Origin: an uncultured delta proteobacterium | Lineage (GTDB): Bacteria; Desulfobacterota; Desulfobacteria; Desulfobacterales; QNYZ01 | Direction of reading: 5' to 3' | Length of the DNA: 64,000 nt | Assembly: GCA_963845145.1 (NCBI GenBank) | Contig: CAWJQU010000005.1 | Coordinates: 1,184,001 to 1,248,000, forward strand | Part shown: positions 1 through 9,409 of the stretch, piece by piece | Layout: every line of letters starts with the position of its first letter | Position numbering within the stretch: position 1 is the first letter of the stretch | Position numbers and translations under genes: made by a program | The notes under the pieces: model-generated | Told to the model about the DNA's origin: nothing | The model's input: only the letters and a program-made list of their open reading frames with translations | The model's database searches: none

Positions 1-1
1 T

Positions 2-400
2 ACCGCCCAGGAGGCGTTCATGGCTCTATCCCATTACGGTCAGGCGGGCAGAGAGCTATATCTGAGATTTCTTGCGGCGGATTTTATTTTTATTCCAACA
101 TATTGTTTCGGTCTCGCTTTTCTAATCACATGGATCTCGCAAGCAGTTGGCTGTGAGCGTGCGCTTTGGTTAAAGCTTAACGTGCTGCCCTTTGGCGTTG
201 GCCTATTCGATTGTGTGGAAAATTTCTCTATTCTTGGCATGCTTGGGGTGTATCCGGATGCCAGTTTTGTGCTAGGCACATTGGCGGGCATTTCTACATT
301 ATGCAAGCATCTTTTAACAGTAATGGTTCTGCTGACGATTGGTTATGGCGGGTTTATTCTGCTAATGAAAACATTCGGTAGACAGTCAAGTGACAGTTGA
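2..400 (+). CDS. Hypothetical multi-pass membrane protein, 5'-partial at window edge
   Basis: Frame is open from the window start (TAQEAFMALSHYG...) and has several hydrophobic segments. Confidence 0.7.
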   Translation, partial: TAQEAFMALSHYGQAGRELYLRFLAADFIFIPTYCFGLAFLITWISQAVGCERALWLKLNVLPFGVGLFDCVENFSILGMLGVYPDASFVLGTLAGISTLCKHLLTVMVLLTIGYGGFILLMKTFGRQSSDS

Positions 401-433
401 TTTATTAAAGATGGTCAGAAAGGATTAGCCAAC

Positions 434-532
434 ATGATCTGGACACAAAACGATTTTTCGGTTTCTTCAGAAAAAAAACAGGTGGATATTGATACCCTTC
501 ACAACAAGTTTAAACAATCAATTTTTGCGTGA
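434..532 (+). pseudogene. 32-aa stub resembling the N-terminus of a GNAT acetyltransferase
   Basis: AAAGGA RBS, then MIWTQNDFSVSSEKKQVDIDTLHNKFKQSIFA*; recalled likeness to GNAT starts of the 'STDKSRLDIDxIHxFL' type. Ends 8 nt before a REP-like element. Confidence 0.4.
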
Positions 533-540
533 ATTCCATC

Positions 541-608
541 TGTAGGGGCACCCCTTGTGGGTGCCCGGTGATCATGCTACAGGGCAACCACAAGGGATTG
601 CCCCTACA
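541..608. repeat. REP doublet / REPIN-like element (GTAG family)
   Basis: TGTAGGGGCACCCCTTGTGGGTGCCC ... GGGCAACCACAAGGGATTGCCCCTACA; perfect 10-bp terminal inverted repeat with GTAG ends. Confidence 0.8.
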
Positions 609-683
609 TAAGCACATCCATTCCGGGGCTTCGGGCGGTCTTGAAAAAGATAAAAAAACGATGACGCAGGCATCTTACCACCA

Positions 684-1229
684 TTAATCCGGCCCCCTTT
701 TGACTCGATTAAAATGGTATCTCAACCAAGCCCCACACAAAGCCATCTCCACCAATGCAGTCATTATTTTTACCCACCAAACCGAATCATATCCCCAACC
801 AAAATAAAGGGTAAAAATAATGGCAGCAAAAAGGAGATTATCTGCAATGGCACAGATCAGAATCGGGTAGGTCTTGCCCAGGCCCTGGAATACGGCCGAT
901 ACGGTTAAAATCGTGCCGACCACCCAATTGGAGAGAGACATGATCCTAAGATAGATGACGCCGTAATGGTTGACTTCATGGTTTTGGCTGAAAATTTGAA
1001 TTAAATAAGATGGAAACAACCAGCAGATGATGGTGCCGGCGACCATGATCAATGCGCTGATGCGCCATCCCGTCCAGAATGTACTGACGACCCGCCCATA
1101 ATTGTTGGCACCAAAGTTTTGCCCCACCATGGCTGCCATGGCCTCGGAAATGGCGACCGTTGGCAGATAGATCGCCTGGATGATCCGAAAACCAATCCCT
1201 AAAGCGGCCAGGGCTTGAGTGCCGTATGA
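684..1229 (-). pseudogene. MATE family efflux transporter, C-terminal portion only
   Basis: YGTQALAALGIGFRI...AMAAMVGQNFGA and FQGLGKT motifs. The frame starts immediately after the asd stop, so the N-terminal half is missing. Confidence 0.8.
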
Positions 1230-2315
1230 TCACGCCAGATACCCCTGGGCTTTGAGCAGTTCCGCCGTAAGGATCGCGCCACCCGCCGCACCCCGAATGG
1301 TATTGTGATGCAAGCCCACAAAACGGATATCAAAAACGTTACATTCTCGCAGACGGCCCACGGAAACAGCCATGCCTTTCTCGCGATCGCGATCCTTGCG
1401 AGGCTGGGGCCGATCATTTTCTTTACAGTATTTAATAGGATGTTTAGGTGCCAAAGGCAGATCGAGTTCCTGGGGAAGGCCCGTGAATTTACGCCATTGG
1501 CGTTTAATATCTTCTATATCCGGTTTTACCCCCTCAAAGGCCAAGCTAACACAAGCGGTATGGCCATCGGTCACCGCTACCCGATTACAGTGGGCGGCAA
1601 TTTTTGGCCCATAGGCATTGACAATGACCCCATCAAGGATTTTCCCCAGCAATTTCAGAGGCTCCACCTCCGACTTTTCCTCCTCTGCGTTTATATAAGG
1701 TACGATATTATCGATGAGATCCAGGGCAGATGGGCCTGGGTAGCCGGCACCCGATACTGCCTGCAACGTGGAAACGATCATGTGTGAAATCGGGAACCCT
1801 GCTTGGATCAAGGCATATATCGGGGTCATATAGCTCTGGACGCTGCAATTGGACTTTACGACTACAAGCCCCTTTTCCCAGCCACGTTTGTGACGTTGAT
1901 GAGGAATTACGGCCAAATGGTGAGCGTTAACCTCCGGAATGATCATGGGAACGTCGGGCGTAGCGCGATGGGCCGAATTATTCGACACGACCGCTAAGCC
2001 GTGATCAGCGTAGTCCAGCTCAAGGCGTACCACGGCCGATTTTTCCAGACTGACTGCCGAGAATACGAGTCGACAGCGGTTTTTAGCTTCAGCACTCTCG
2101 TTCGCGTTATGTACGGTAAGCGTCCGAACACTTTTAGGAATCGGGGTCGGCATCAACCATCGACCTGCTACCGCTTCTTCATAAGTTTTTCCGGCCGAAC
2201 CCGGGGATGCGGCCACATAAGTCACCTCAAACCATGGATGCCCGTCTAACAACCGTATGTAATTTTGCCCAACCATTCCCGTCGCACCAATCACTCCTAC
2301 CGCAATCTTAGCCAT
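1230..2315 (-). CDS. asd: Aspartate-semialdehyde dehydrogenase (archaeal/eukaryotic-type clade)
   Basis: GATGMVGQ, SNCS catalytic Cys, QAVSGAG, HNTIRGAAG. Start moved to ATG 2315 behind AAGGAG. Confidence 0.95.
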   Translation of the reverse strand: MAKIAVGVIGATGMVGQNYIRLLDGHPWFEVTYVAASPGSAGKTYEEAVAGRWLMPTPIPKSVRTLTVHNANESAEAKNRCRLVFSAVSLEKSAVVRLELDYADHGLAVVSNNSAHRATPDVPMIIPEVNAHHLAVIPHQRHKRGWEKGLVVVKSNCSVQSYMTPIYALIQAGFPISHMIVSTLQAVSGAGYPGPSALDLIDNIVPYINAEEEKSEVEPLKLLGKILDGVIVNAYGPKIAAHCNRVAVTDGHTACVSLAFEGVKPDIEDIKRQWRKFTGLPQELDLPLAPKHPIKYCKENDRPQPRKDRDREKGMAVSVGRLRECNVFDIRFVGLHHNTIRGAAGGAILTAELLKAQGYLA

Positions 2316-2340
2316 GATGGTCTCCTTTTTATGGGGATTA

Positions 2341-2380
2341 AAATAAAAAAGCCCAGGCACGTAAAGCGCACCTGGGCTTG
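2341..2380 (-). terminator. Intrinsic terminator (attenuator) upstream of asd
   Basis: Minus strand: AAGCCCAGG-13 nt-CCTGGGCTT followed by TTTTATTTT. Confidence 0.8.
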
Positions 2381-2409
2381 GATTCATTCACTATTGGCTA
2401 TCTATCAGA

Positions 2410-2514
2410 TCATATCAAACATCCTTTTAGCAAATAGCGAGACCAAGCCCATGGGCACTTAGTGCCCGTGGTAGTTATGGTCAGGCTATTTCTCATTCGG
2501 ATTAATCGAGACAT
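2410..2514 (-). CDS. Thr-rich leader peptide (thrL-like)
   Basis: MSRLIRMRNSLTITTTGTKCPWAWSRYLLKGCLI*, with an alternative ATG at 2496. It overlaps protector and antiterminator stems. Confidence 0.65.
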   Translation of the reverse strand: MSRLIRMRNSLTITTTGTKCPWAWSRYLLKGCLI

Positions 2515-2552
2515 TATCTACTTTATTTGATAGCTTATAAAATATTAGCATG

Positions 2553-2582
2553 TAGCTAAACCAAAACTGCGGGGCATGTCAA
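2553..2582 (-). promoter_or_regulatory. Putative sigma-70 promoter for leader-asd
   Basis: TTGACA-17 nt-TTAGCT on the minus strand; weak -10. Confidence 0.4.
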
Positions 2583-2747
2583 CATTTTTCACTCAGCCGC
2601 ACAGGTGTATGTGTGTTTTTATTAACAAACCTCGTGAAACTAAGGGGTTGAATTGTAACCTTGTAAATTATATTGAGCATGAATGATTACCATTTTTAAG
2701 AACGAATCGAATAAAAATATTTGAAAATCATCCTGAAGGGGGGGCAA

Positions 2748-3086
2748 ATGAGTTCAACCGTTGAGAACCGTCGCCATCCACGTATTCCATTAAACTGGCC
2801 GGTTGTTATGATAACCCCCCAAGGAACCGTCAAGGGAGAAACCGGCAACCTTAGTGTTGGCGGAGCCCTCATTTTATGCTCCGAAATACCCGAATTGGGG
2901 GATGAGTTTCAAATCACCCTCAAATCCTCCAGCGACCATGAAATGTTCGTCACCTGTGAGAAGGCTTGGGCCTCTACATTCAACACGAATGGATCCACCT
3001 TATGTGGAATGGGCGTCCGCTTTACAAAACTATCAGCCACTGACCACGAATTTATCTCCGCACTGGTCCAGGAATACATTATTTAA
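2748..3086 (+). CDS. PilZ domain protein
   Basis: RRHPR (RxxxR), NLSVGG (D/NxSxxG), GMGVRF. Confidence 0.85.
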   Translation: MSSTVENRRHPRIPLNWPVVMITPQGTVKGETGNLSVGGALILCSEIPELGDEFQITLKSSSDHEMFVTCEKAWASTFNTNGSTLCGMGVRFTKLSATDHEFISALVQEYII

Positions 3087-3103
3087 GGGTTTGTGTGAAA
3101 TTA

Positions 3104-3901
3104 TTATTGCGCGGGCCCTAAGCGCTGGATGAACTGACACATAGCATCTAAAACCGTATTTTCACGATCGCGGTGCGGCGCATGCCCACAACCGGATAGC
3201 ATCAATGTTTCAGCCCCTGCCCCGGCTTGTTGGACGATCGCATCAACTTGCGCCGGGGTGCCGTAGTTGTCGTTTTCACCTTGAATCGCCAATACCGGAA
3301 CACGAATTCGCGGCAGAAATTCTTCGATATTCCAGTGGATAAAATCGGGGTGCAACCACGCATCATTCCAGCCCCAAAATGCGGTGTCGATATTGGGGCC
3401 ATGGTATTTTTTGAGTTTTTTGCGCAGATCGTTTTTAATATAGTTTTCTTTGGCCTGTTTAATGGCCTCTATGTTAAATGGTTCACAAGAGACATGGGCG
3501 GCTTCGGTAATGACGCCTCGTAAACCTTTAGACGCTGACCCGCCGGCATGAATCAAGGCGATGGAGCCGCCGTCGGAATGACCGATGATGATATAATCGT
3601 CTATGGATGCTTGTTTTATTATCTGAGGGAAAACCGATAGACCCTCATCATGCATAAAGCTCACCGGGCGCGGTAAGGGGCACGGATCCGAGCCGCCATA
3701 TCCGAAGCGACTGAAAACAAAGGCTTCGCAACCGGTTAAGGCTGCCAGCTTGGCCGGAAATTCCCGCCATAGCGCTATACATCCGAGCCCTTCGTGTAAA
3801 AAAACAAGGGTACTCTGGTTATCTGACATGGCGGATATACGCGCAAATTCGACGCGCCTACCGGCAATGGTTAAAACCCCTTTTGTAATGAACGCTGTCA
3901 T
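3104..3901 (-). CDS. Alpha/beta fold hydrolase
   Basis: LHEGLG, GHSDGG nucleophile elbow, GHAPH. Confidence 0.9.
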   Translation of the reverse strand: MTAFITKGVLTIAGRRVEFARISAMSDNQSTLVFLHEGLGCIALWREFPAKLAALTGCEAFVFSRFGYGGSDPCPLPRPVSFMHDEGLSVFPQIIKQASIDDYIIIGHSDGGSIALIHAGGSASKGLRGVITEAAHVSCEPFNIEAIKQAKENYIKNDLRKKLKKYHGPNIDTAFWGWNDAWLHPDFIHWNIEEFLPRIRVPVLAIQGENDNYGTPAQVDAIVQQAGAGAETLMLSGCGHAPHRDRENTVLDAMCQFIQRLGPAQ

Positions 3902-4704
3902 TTGGTTGCTCTATGGGTGTAAAAGGTTGCGGTGATTTGAAGTAGCACGAGATAGAGGGTGGCGCCACTAAACGCCAAAACCGTGCCGGAAAATATGCCC
4001 CATGTCGGATAGGCCAACGAGACGATAAAAGCGTAAACAATGATTGAACCCAATCCCCAGGGAAAATTTTTAATGATAGTGGTCACATGTTCAATGTCGT
4101 AGGTCAAATGGACGATGATTAGTAGCGGAAAAAGGGTTGATGGAAATGCGGAGAGCACACCCGCCCATTGGGGACCGACCACCTTGCCCATGCCCGTAAT
4201 CACGACGACAATGATGGCGGCCAATCCAGCGCGCAATCCAAATACGCGGCTGCTGAAGGCCACAGGCTGACGAATCTGCTCGTTTTTGATTCTTTTAAAA
4301 AGCCATATGAAAAAAAAGATGGAAACAATGGGGGCCAGCAGAGCTGCACCCATGTTCGGGCGAAACAGTTGGATGATACCGCCCACAGCCAAAAATCCCA
4401 CAATGGCGATCACGCTGCTATAGAGAATCGTAAATCTGCCTGAAAACCTGGAGGCACGATAATAAAAATAGACAAACGCCTGGGTGCTGATCAATCCCGG
4501 CATGGTATAAACGGCACTTTCGGCGGCAAATTCCGGGCTGACTTCCCATCCGTAAAAAAAGAGCACAATGGCGACGCCCAACGGATACCCGGACAAAACC
4601 CCGGCCACCGAAGTGCTCACTCGCTCGGCCACCAACGAGAGGGTGATGACAACACTGATTGTCACCATGATCTTGATTAAAATAAGCGTATTGAAGATAA
4701 TCAT
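3898..4704 (-). CDS. Conserved integral membrane protein
   Basis: About 8 TM segments with internally repeated GVLSGYP / GVLSAFP; 4-bp overlap with the next gene. Confidence 0.75.
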   Translation of the reverse strand: MIIFNTLILIKIMVTISVVITLSLVAERVSTSVAGVLSGYPLGVAIVLFFYGWEVSPEFAAESAVYTMPGLISTQAFVYFYYRASRFSGRFTILYSSVIAIVGFLAVGGIIQLFRPNMGAALLAPIVSIFFFIWLFKRIKNEQIRQPVAFSSRVFGLRAGLAAIIVVVITGMGKVVGPQWAGVLSAFPSTLFPLLIIVHLTYDIEHVTTIIKNFPWGLGSIIVYAFIVSLAYPTWGIFSGTVLAFSGATLYLVLLQITATFYTHRATK

Positions 4705-4844
4705 ACGTTTCCTGAGGGCTGTGCCGGTTGTAGTAGTTGCGTTTGTTGCTCCGGAACCTTATAATTTGAAAATTACGAACCGTCAGCAGGCTGCGAAGGC
4801 ATATCAAAATACGATGGCGGCCGCAATGGTGCATCTCGTCGGGC

Positions 4845-5786
4845 ATGGTAAATACTATATCGATGAAAACCAAATTAAAATCAGACGTATTCTTATTAAG
4901 TGTGGGCTTTATCTTTTTGATCACTTGTGCCTGCTCAGAAAACCCGATCGCCCAATACCATATGATAAATGTTAATAATAAAACCCAGGGAGATGCCCAT
5001 TATATTAAAATAGACGATAAAAATATTCTAATTGATACGGGCTCTTTGAGCGAGTCCAAGGCATCATTAGTACCTTACTTGAAGGAAAAAGGGGTCGGTC
5101 GAATCGATATTCTTTATATTTCTCATCTGCATAAGGATCACTATTCGGGGGTGAAATCGCTTCTGAAGGCTGGGATTAGTATTTCGTTGGCATATGTTAA
5201 TATTCATGCCAAAGAAGTTTGTGAGAAGGATTGCTGCTGTGACTGGGCCCATGCGATGGCTTATATCCAATACCTTAAATCTCATGGAACCAAAATAATT
5301 GATGTACAAGCGGGCGACCGCAAGAAGATAAACAACGGTTCTGAGTTTCTAGTATTACATGCACAGAAAAACGGGAAGTACGATATAAATGATACATCCA
5401 TAATTTTACTGTGGAAAATAGGAACTTACAGAGTACTGTTTGCCGGGGACCTAAACCGAAAGTTAAGTAAGAAGCTAAAAAATCATCCTGAAATTCATGC
5501 AGACATTTTAAAGGTGCCGCATCATGGTACTGAAAGCCTATCCACCAATACTTTTATAGAAAATGTTGGCGCAAAAGTGATGACAGTCCCCAGCCCCAAA
5601 AAATTATGGGAGTCCGACCGGTCAAAACGGGTAAGAACCTTCAAATATAAAAATGGCGAAGACCCGATTAAACTTGTTAATGGCGTGGATGGTCATATTC
5701 GAATAGACTTTTACCTTGGAAAAATATCAATTGCCACGGAAAAAGGGAAGAGCTTCACCTTAACCAAAGCCGCCTTCGGCAGATAA
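4845..5786 (+). CDS. MBL-fold (ComEC/Rec2 C-terminal-like) hydrolase, probable lipoprotein
   Basis: ILIDTG, SHLHKDH, LFAGD, KVPHHG; signal ending ITCAC. Start may be 4863. Confidence 0.8.
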   Translation: MVNTISMKTKLKSDVFLLSVGFIFLITCACSENPIAQYHMINVNNKTQGDAHYIKIDDKNILIDTGSLSESKASLVPYLKEKGVGRIDILYISHLHKDHYSGVKSLLKAGISISLAYVNIHAKEVCEKDCCCDWAHAMAYIQYLKSHGTKIIDVQAGDRKKINNGSEFLVLHAQKNGKYDINDTSIILLWKIGTYRVLFAGDLNRKLSKKLKNHPEIHADILKVPHHGTESLSTNTFIENVGAKVMTVPSPKKLWESDRSKRVRTFKYKNGEDPIKLVNGVDGHIRIDFYLGKISIATEKGKSFTLTKAAFGR

Positions 5787-5889
5787 GGTCCTGTTTGTCA
5801 CGAAAACCAACCCACGTTCTTGAAACATGCCCACCAAGGCGTTTTTGATCTCTTTGTGCTCCGGCCGAACGGCGCCCCGTAATTATTTT

Positions 5890-6834
5890 TCAGTGGATCG
5901 GCATATATCGCAAGTGTGAAGCAAAATCGATTACCAAAGAAATGAAGCAGGCGACCACCGGGGTCAACACCCAGGCTACCACGATATTGAGTAATGTTTT
6001 GCGGCTGACCGTATTCACGCCCTTGACGATTCCCACGCCGAGTATCCCGCCGATCACTGCCTGAGAGGTGGATACCGGTACGCCTACCAACGTGTAGAAA
6101 TGGACTGTCACAGCCAGGGACAGAATCACGATAAAGGCCGAAAAAGGATCTAAGCGCACGAGTTTTTTGCCTACTGTTTCCATCACCGGCCGGCTATAGG
6201 TCAGTATTCCCAAGGCGATGCTCAACCCTCCGATCAAAGCCGCTTGCAGCACTGTGATGAGGCCCGCGCCTACAAACACAGCGGTTACATTGGCCACGTT
6301 GTTGGCACCCAGGGAATAGGCACCGTATGAGCCGGCTAAGATCAGGCACATGCGCAGAATCATATCGGATTGAAAGAGATTAAAGCCTAGGCGATTATAG
6401 ATCATGCGTAAGGTATGGTACAGCAGCACTGCAATAAGCGCCGCACCGATGGGGGTCCCTATCCAGCAGAGCACCACCTTTCCCAACCCACCAAGGTTCA
6501 ACTGTCGGTTGAGAATACCGATGCCGAGGATGGCGCCCACCACGGCCTGGGAGGTAGACACCGGCAAACCCAGCAGGGTCATGATGGTGACCGTCACTGC
6601 GGCCGCCACAGATGATATCACAGCCTGTTCCAGATTGATTGTGGTTAGTCCGCTAAGCGTCTCAATGCCGGCTCGGCCGGAAACCAATGCGCCCAGGATG
6701 ACGAAGATTGATGCCAAGACGGCCGCGGTCCAAAATTTGAGCATTTTGGAAGAAACCGCCGTACCGAAAACGTTGGAGGCGTCGTTGGCCCCCAATGACC
6801 ATCCTAGAAAAACACCGCCAAGTAGAGAGACCAC
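5890..6834 (-). CDS. pit: Inorganic phosphate transporter, PiT family
   Basis: GANDASNVFG and GANNVAN signatures; PVSTSQ twice. Confidence 0.9.
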   Translation of the reverse strand: MVSLLGGVFLGWSLGANDASNVFGTAVSSKMLKFWTAAVLASIFVILGALVSGRAGIETLSGLTTINLEQAVISSVAAAVTVTIMTLLGLPVSTSQAVVGAILGIGILNRQLNLGGLGKVVLCWIGTPIGAALIAVLLYHTLRMIYNRLGFNLFQSDMILRMCLILAGSYGAYSLGANNVANVTAVFVGAGLITVLQAALIGGLSIALGILTYSRPVMETVGKKLVRLDPFSAFIVILSLAVTVHFYTLVGVPVSTSQAVIGGILGVGIVKGVNTVSRKTLLNIVVAWVLTPVVACFISLVIDFASHLRYMPIH

Positions 6835-7487
6835 TATACCCGCCTTTTCATACTAATGATATTTATCCGTCGCGATACCCGGTCGGCTTCGTCCGAAATG
6901 TCTCCCATCTGAACAATCAGATCTTTGAGTTGCAGCTTGCAAAATGGGTCCAATTCCGAATCGAAAACTTTGACGATAATTCGCCGTTCAATGTGGTCGC
7001 AGTGACTTTCGTTAGCGTCGATAGTGTTCATCAGTGAGCGGATTCCGTTGGTTTTAGATAACAGGGCCCGAACCTGCTTATCCATTAAATCGCAGCATTC
7101 TAAACTGATACGAATCAGTTCCTTGATATCCAGGACTAAAAAGCCGGGGATTTCTAATTTCTGGGTCTGAATGATATAGAGAATCCGCTCGAAGCGATGG
7201 GGGATGATGTCGATGGATTCGAGCAATCCCATAATGTCACCCCGTGAGTCAGGCACCAGGGCCTTGCCATACATCAGGGATTTTATCTCCTCGCGGATAT
7301 CGTCGGCTTTGGATTCATACTTGTGGGTGCGATCAATGAAAAAATCGGCTTCTGTGCGACATCCCCCCTCGAGACAACTGTCAAGGGCTTTGGTGAAGTT
7401 GTCCTGGGCCAGTTTCAAGGTGTCCAGATAGTTGAAAATAAGGACTTGCACCTGTTTTTCTTTTTTAAATAAAAAATTAAACATCAT
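6834..7487 (-). CDS. DUF47 / PhoU-like phosphate transport regulator
   Basis: ESKADD and ESHCD helical repeats; coupled to pit. Confidence 0.85.
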   Translation of the reverse strand: MMFNFLFKKEKQVQVLIFNYLDTLKLAQDNFTKALDSCLEGGCRTEADFFIDRTHKYESKADDIREEIKSLMYGKALVPDSRGDIMGLLESIDIIPHRFERILYIIQTQKLEIPGFLVLDIKELIRISLECCDLMDKQVRALLSKTNGIRSLMNTIDANESHCDHIERRIIVKVFDSELDPFCKLQLKDLIVQMGDISDEADRVSRRINIISMKRRV

Positions 7488-7751
7488 CGCCTCTAATCTT
7501 AACTAAATTTGATCCCGGGGATCGCGCCCCGTCGCTTAAGCGCATAACCAACAGAATTAATCAATTATGGCTTTTACTTATATCGAAAGCTTTTTAAAAG
7601 TAATGGAAATCTGGTGTTGATGTCGCGTTGAATCCTTTTTTCGGTGTTTCAAAAATAGGCCCTGTTGCCAAGACATACACTATAGATTCCTTTCGATCAA
7701 TTACCCTCCTTGACAAACTCGGTATAATTAATTAGAGGTTCAGGAAAATCA

Positions 7752-7877
7752 GTTTTCGGGGGCTCGGATAAACCGGGCTGAGACCGATCCTTGCTTTTTG
7801 ATTGGAATTAAGACTCACCAACAAGCTGTGGATCTAACCGTTGAACCTGATCCGGATAATGCCGGCGCAGGGAAGCC
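7752..7877 (+). ncRNA. TPP riboswitch
   Basis: CGGGGGCT...GGGCTGAGA...ACCGTTGAACCTGATCCGGATAATGCCGGCGCAGGGAAG upstream of thiM. Confidence 0.93.
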
Positions 7878-7884
7878 GCTCAAT

Positions 7885-7915
7885 AAAGCCGTTCCATTGC
7901 CGGGACGGCTTTTTT
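7885..7915 (+). terminator. Riboswitch expression-platform terminator
   Basis: AAAGCCGTTCC-attgcc-GGGACGGCTTTTTT. Confidence 0.8.
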
Positions 7916-7967
7916 CGTTTGGTCGGGTTCGATGGTACTTACGTAATCCTTTTTTTAAGGAGGCAAG

Positions 7968-8780
7968 ATGACCTTACCGACAGACATGGCGGCCCAAAAT
8001 CTTATAGCCGTTCGGCAAAAAAAGCCGTTGATTCATAACATCACCAACTACGTGGTGATGAACACCACCGCCAATGCCCTCCTCGCCATGGGGGCTTCTC
8101 CGGTCATGGCGCATGCCGCTAATGAAGTGGCGGAGATGGTGGCGTTTGCAGGGGCGCTGGTGCTTAATATCGGTACGTTGAGTGACCCCTGGGTGGCCGC
8201 CATGATGGCCGCCGGCAAGCGTGCATCGGAACTTAATACGCCCATCGTATTAGATCCGGTGGGTGCCGGTGCAACAGCATTGCGGACGCGCACGGCCAAA
8301 GAGATTGTGAAGAAAGTGGATGTCACGGTTATCCGCGGAAATGCGTCGGAAATATTGGCCCTGCGTCACGCCGATTCCAAAACCAAAGGTGTGGATGCCG
8401 TTCATACGGTTGATGAGGCCGCCACCACCGCCAAGTTGTTGGCCAAGGAGCTAGGCGTTACACTGGCCATAACCGGGGCAACCGATTTGGTAACGGACGG
8501 GGAGCGCGTATTTAGAATTGAAAACGGGCACCCGCTCATGGCCTGTGTGACCGGGACGGGTTGCACAGCCACGGCAATTGTGGGGGCGTTCCTGGCTGTT
8601 GACGATGATCCGGTGAGCGCCACCGCGACAGCCTTGTCCTATTTTGGCCTGGCGGGCGAGGTTGCCGCCGAACAGGCCCAGGCACCGGGGAGTTTTATGG
8701 TCGCCCTGCTCGATGCCCTTTATACCATTACGCCGGAGAGCCTCTCGATCCGGGCTAAAATAACATTGGAGACCGGATGA
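7968..8780 (+). CDS. thiM: Hydroxyethylthiazole kinase
   Basis: PLIHNITNYV, LNIGT, VLDPVG, IRGNASEI, VTGTGC. Confidence 0.95.
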   Translation: MTLPTDMAAQNLIAVRQKKPLIHNITNYVVMNTTANALLAMGASPVMAHAANEVAEMVAFAGALVLNIGTLSDPWVAAMMAAGKRASELNTPIVLDPVGAGATALRTRTAKEIVKKVDVTVIRGNASEILALRHADSKTKGVDAVHTVDEAATTAKLLAKELGVTLAITGATDLVTDGERVFRIENGHPLMACVTGTGCTATAIVGAFLAVDDDPVSATATALSYFGLAGEVAAEQAQAPGSFMVALLDALYTITPESLSIRAKITLETG

Positions 8781-9409
8781 TGGACTATTCGGTTTATCTG
8801 GTGACCGATCGGGGATTGGCCCGGGGAAGGAGGACCCTCGATATATTGCAGGCGGCGATTCAGGGCGGGGTATCCTGTGTTCAGTTGCGGGAAAAAGCGT
8901 GCAGCACCCGGGAATTTATTGAAGAGGCTTTGGCGATTCGTGCGCTATTGGCCGAACATAAAGTTCCCTTAATAATTAATGATCGCATTGATGTGGCCCT
9001 GGTGGTTGGCGCCGATGGCGTTCATTTGGGTCAGCAAGACATGCCCTGCCATATGGCCCGGGAACTACTGCCGGAAAATATGATTCTCGGTATTTCCGCG
9101 GAGTCGTTAAACGATGCGATCGTTGCCGAAAAAGAGGGGGCCGATTATCTGGGGATCAGCCCGATCTATGCAACCCCCACCAAGACCGACACCGCAACGC
9201 CCTTGGGGTTAGAGGGCTTGCGGGCGATTCGAGCCGAAGTGAACATTCCTTTGGTGGGCATTGGGGGATTAAATGCCCACAATGCGGCGGGGGTGATTCA
9301 TAACGGGGCGGACGGTGTGGCTGTGGTCTCGGCCATTGTGGCGGCGGAGGACGCAGCGACCGCCACCCGCAATTTGAGAGATATCGTGAGGCAGGCAAAA
9401 ATAAAATGA
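8777..9409 (+). CDS. thiE: Thiamine-phosphate synthase
   Basis: VQLREK, INDRID, GVHLGQ, TPTK. Confidence 0.95.
   Translation: MMDYSVYLVTDRGLARGRRTLDILQAAIQGGVSCVQLREKACSTREFIEEALAIRALLAEHKVPLIINDRIDVALVVGADGVHLGQQDMPCHMARELLPENMILGISAESLNDAIVAEKEGADYLGISPIYATPTKTDTATPLGLEGLRAIRAEVNIPLVGIGGLNAHNAAGVIHNGADGVAVVSAIVAAEDAATATRNLRDIVRQAKIK

Noticed and set aside
1230..1232. Selenocysteine readthrough of the asd TGA
   Set aside because: Asd is complete at this stop, the downstream protein is an unrelated fragment, and I see no convincing SECIS.
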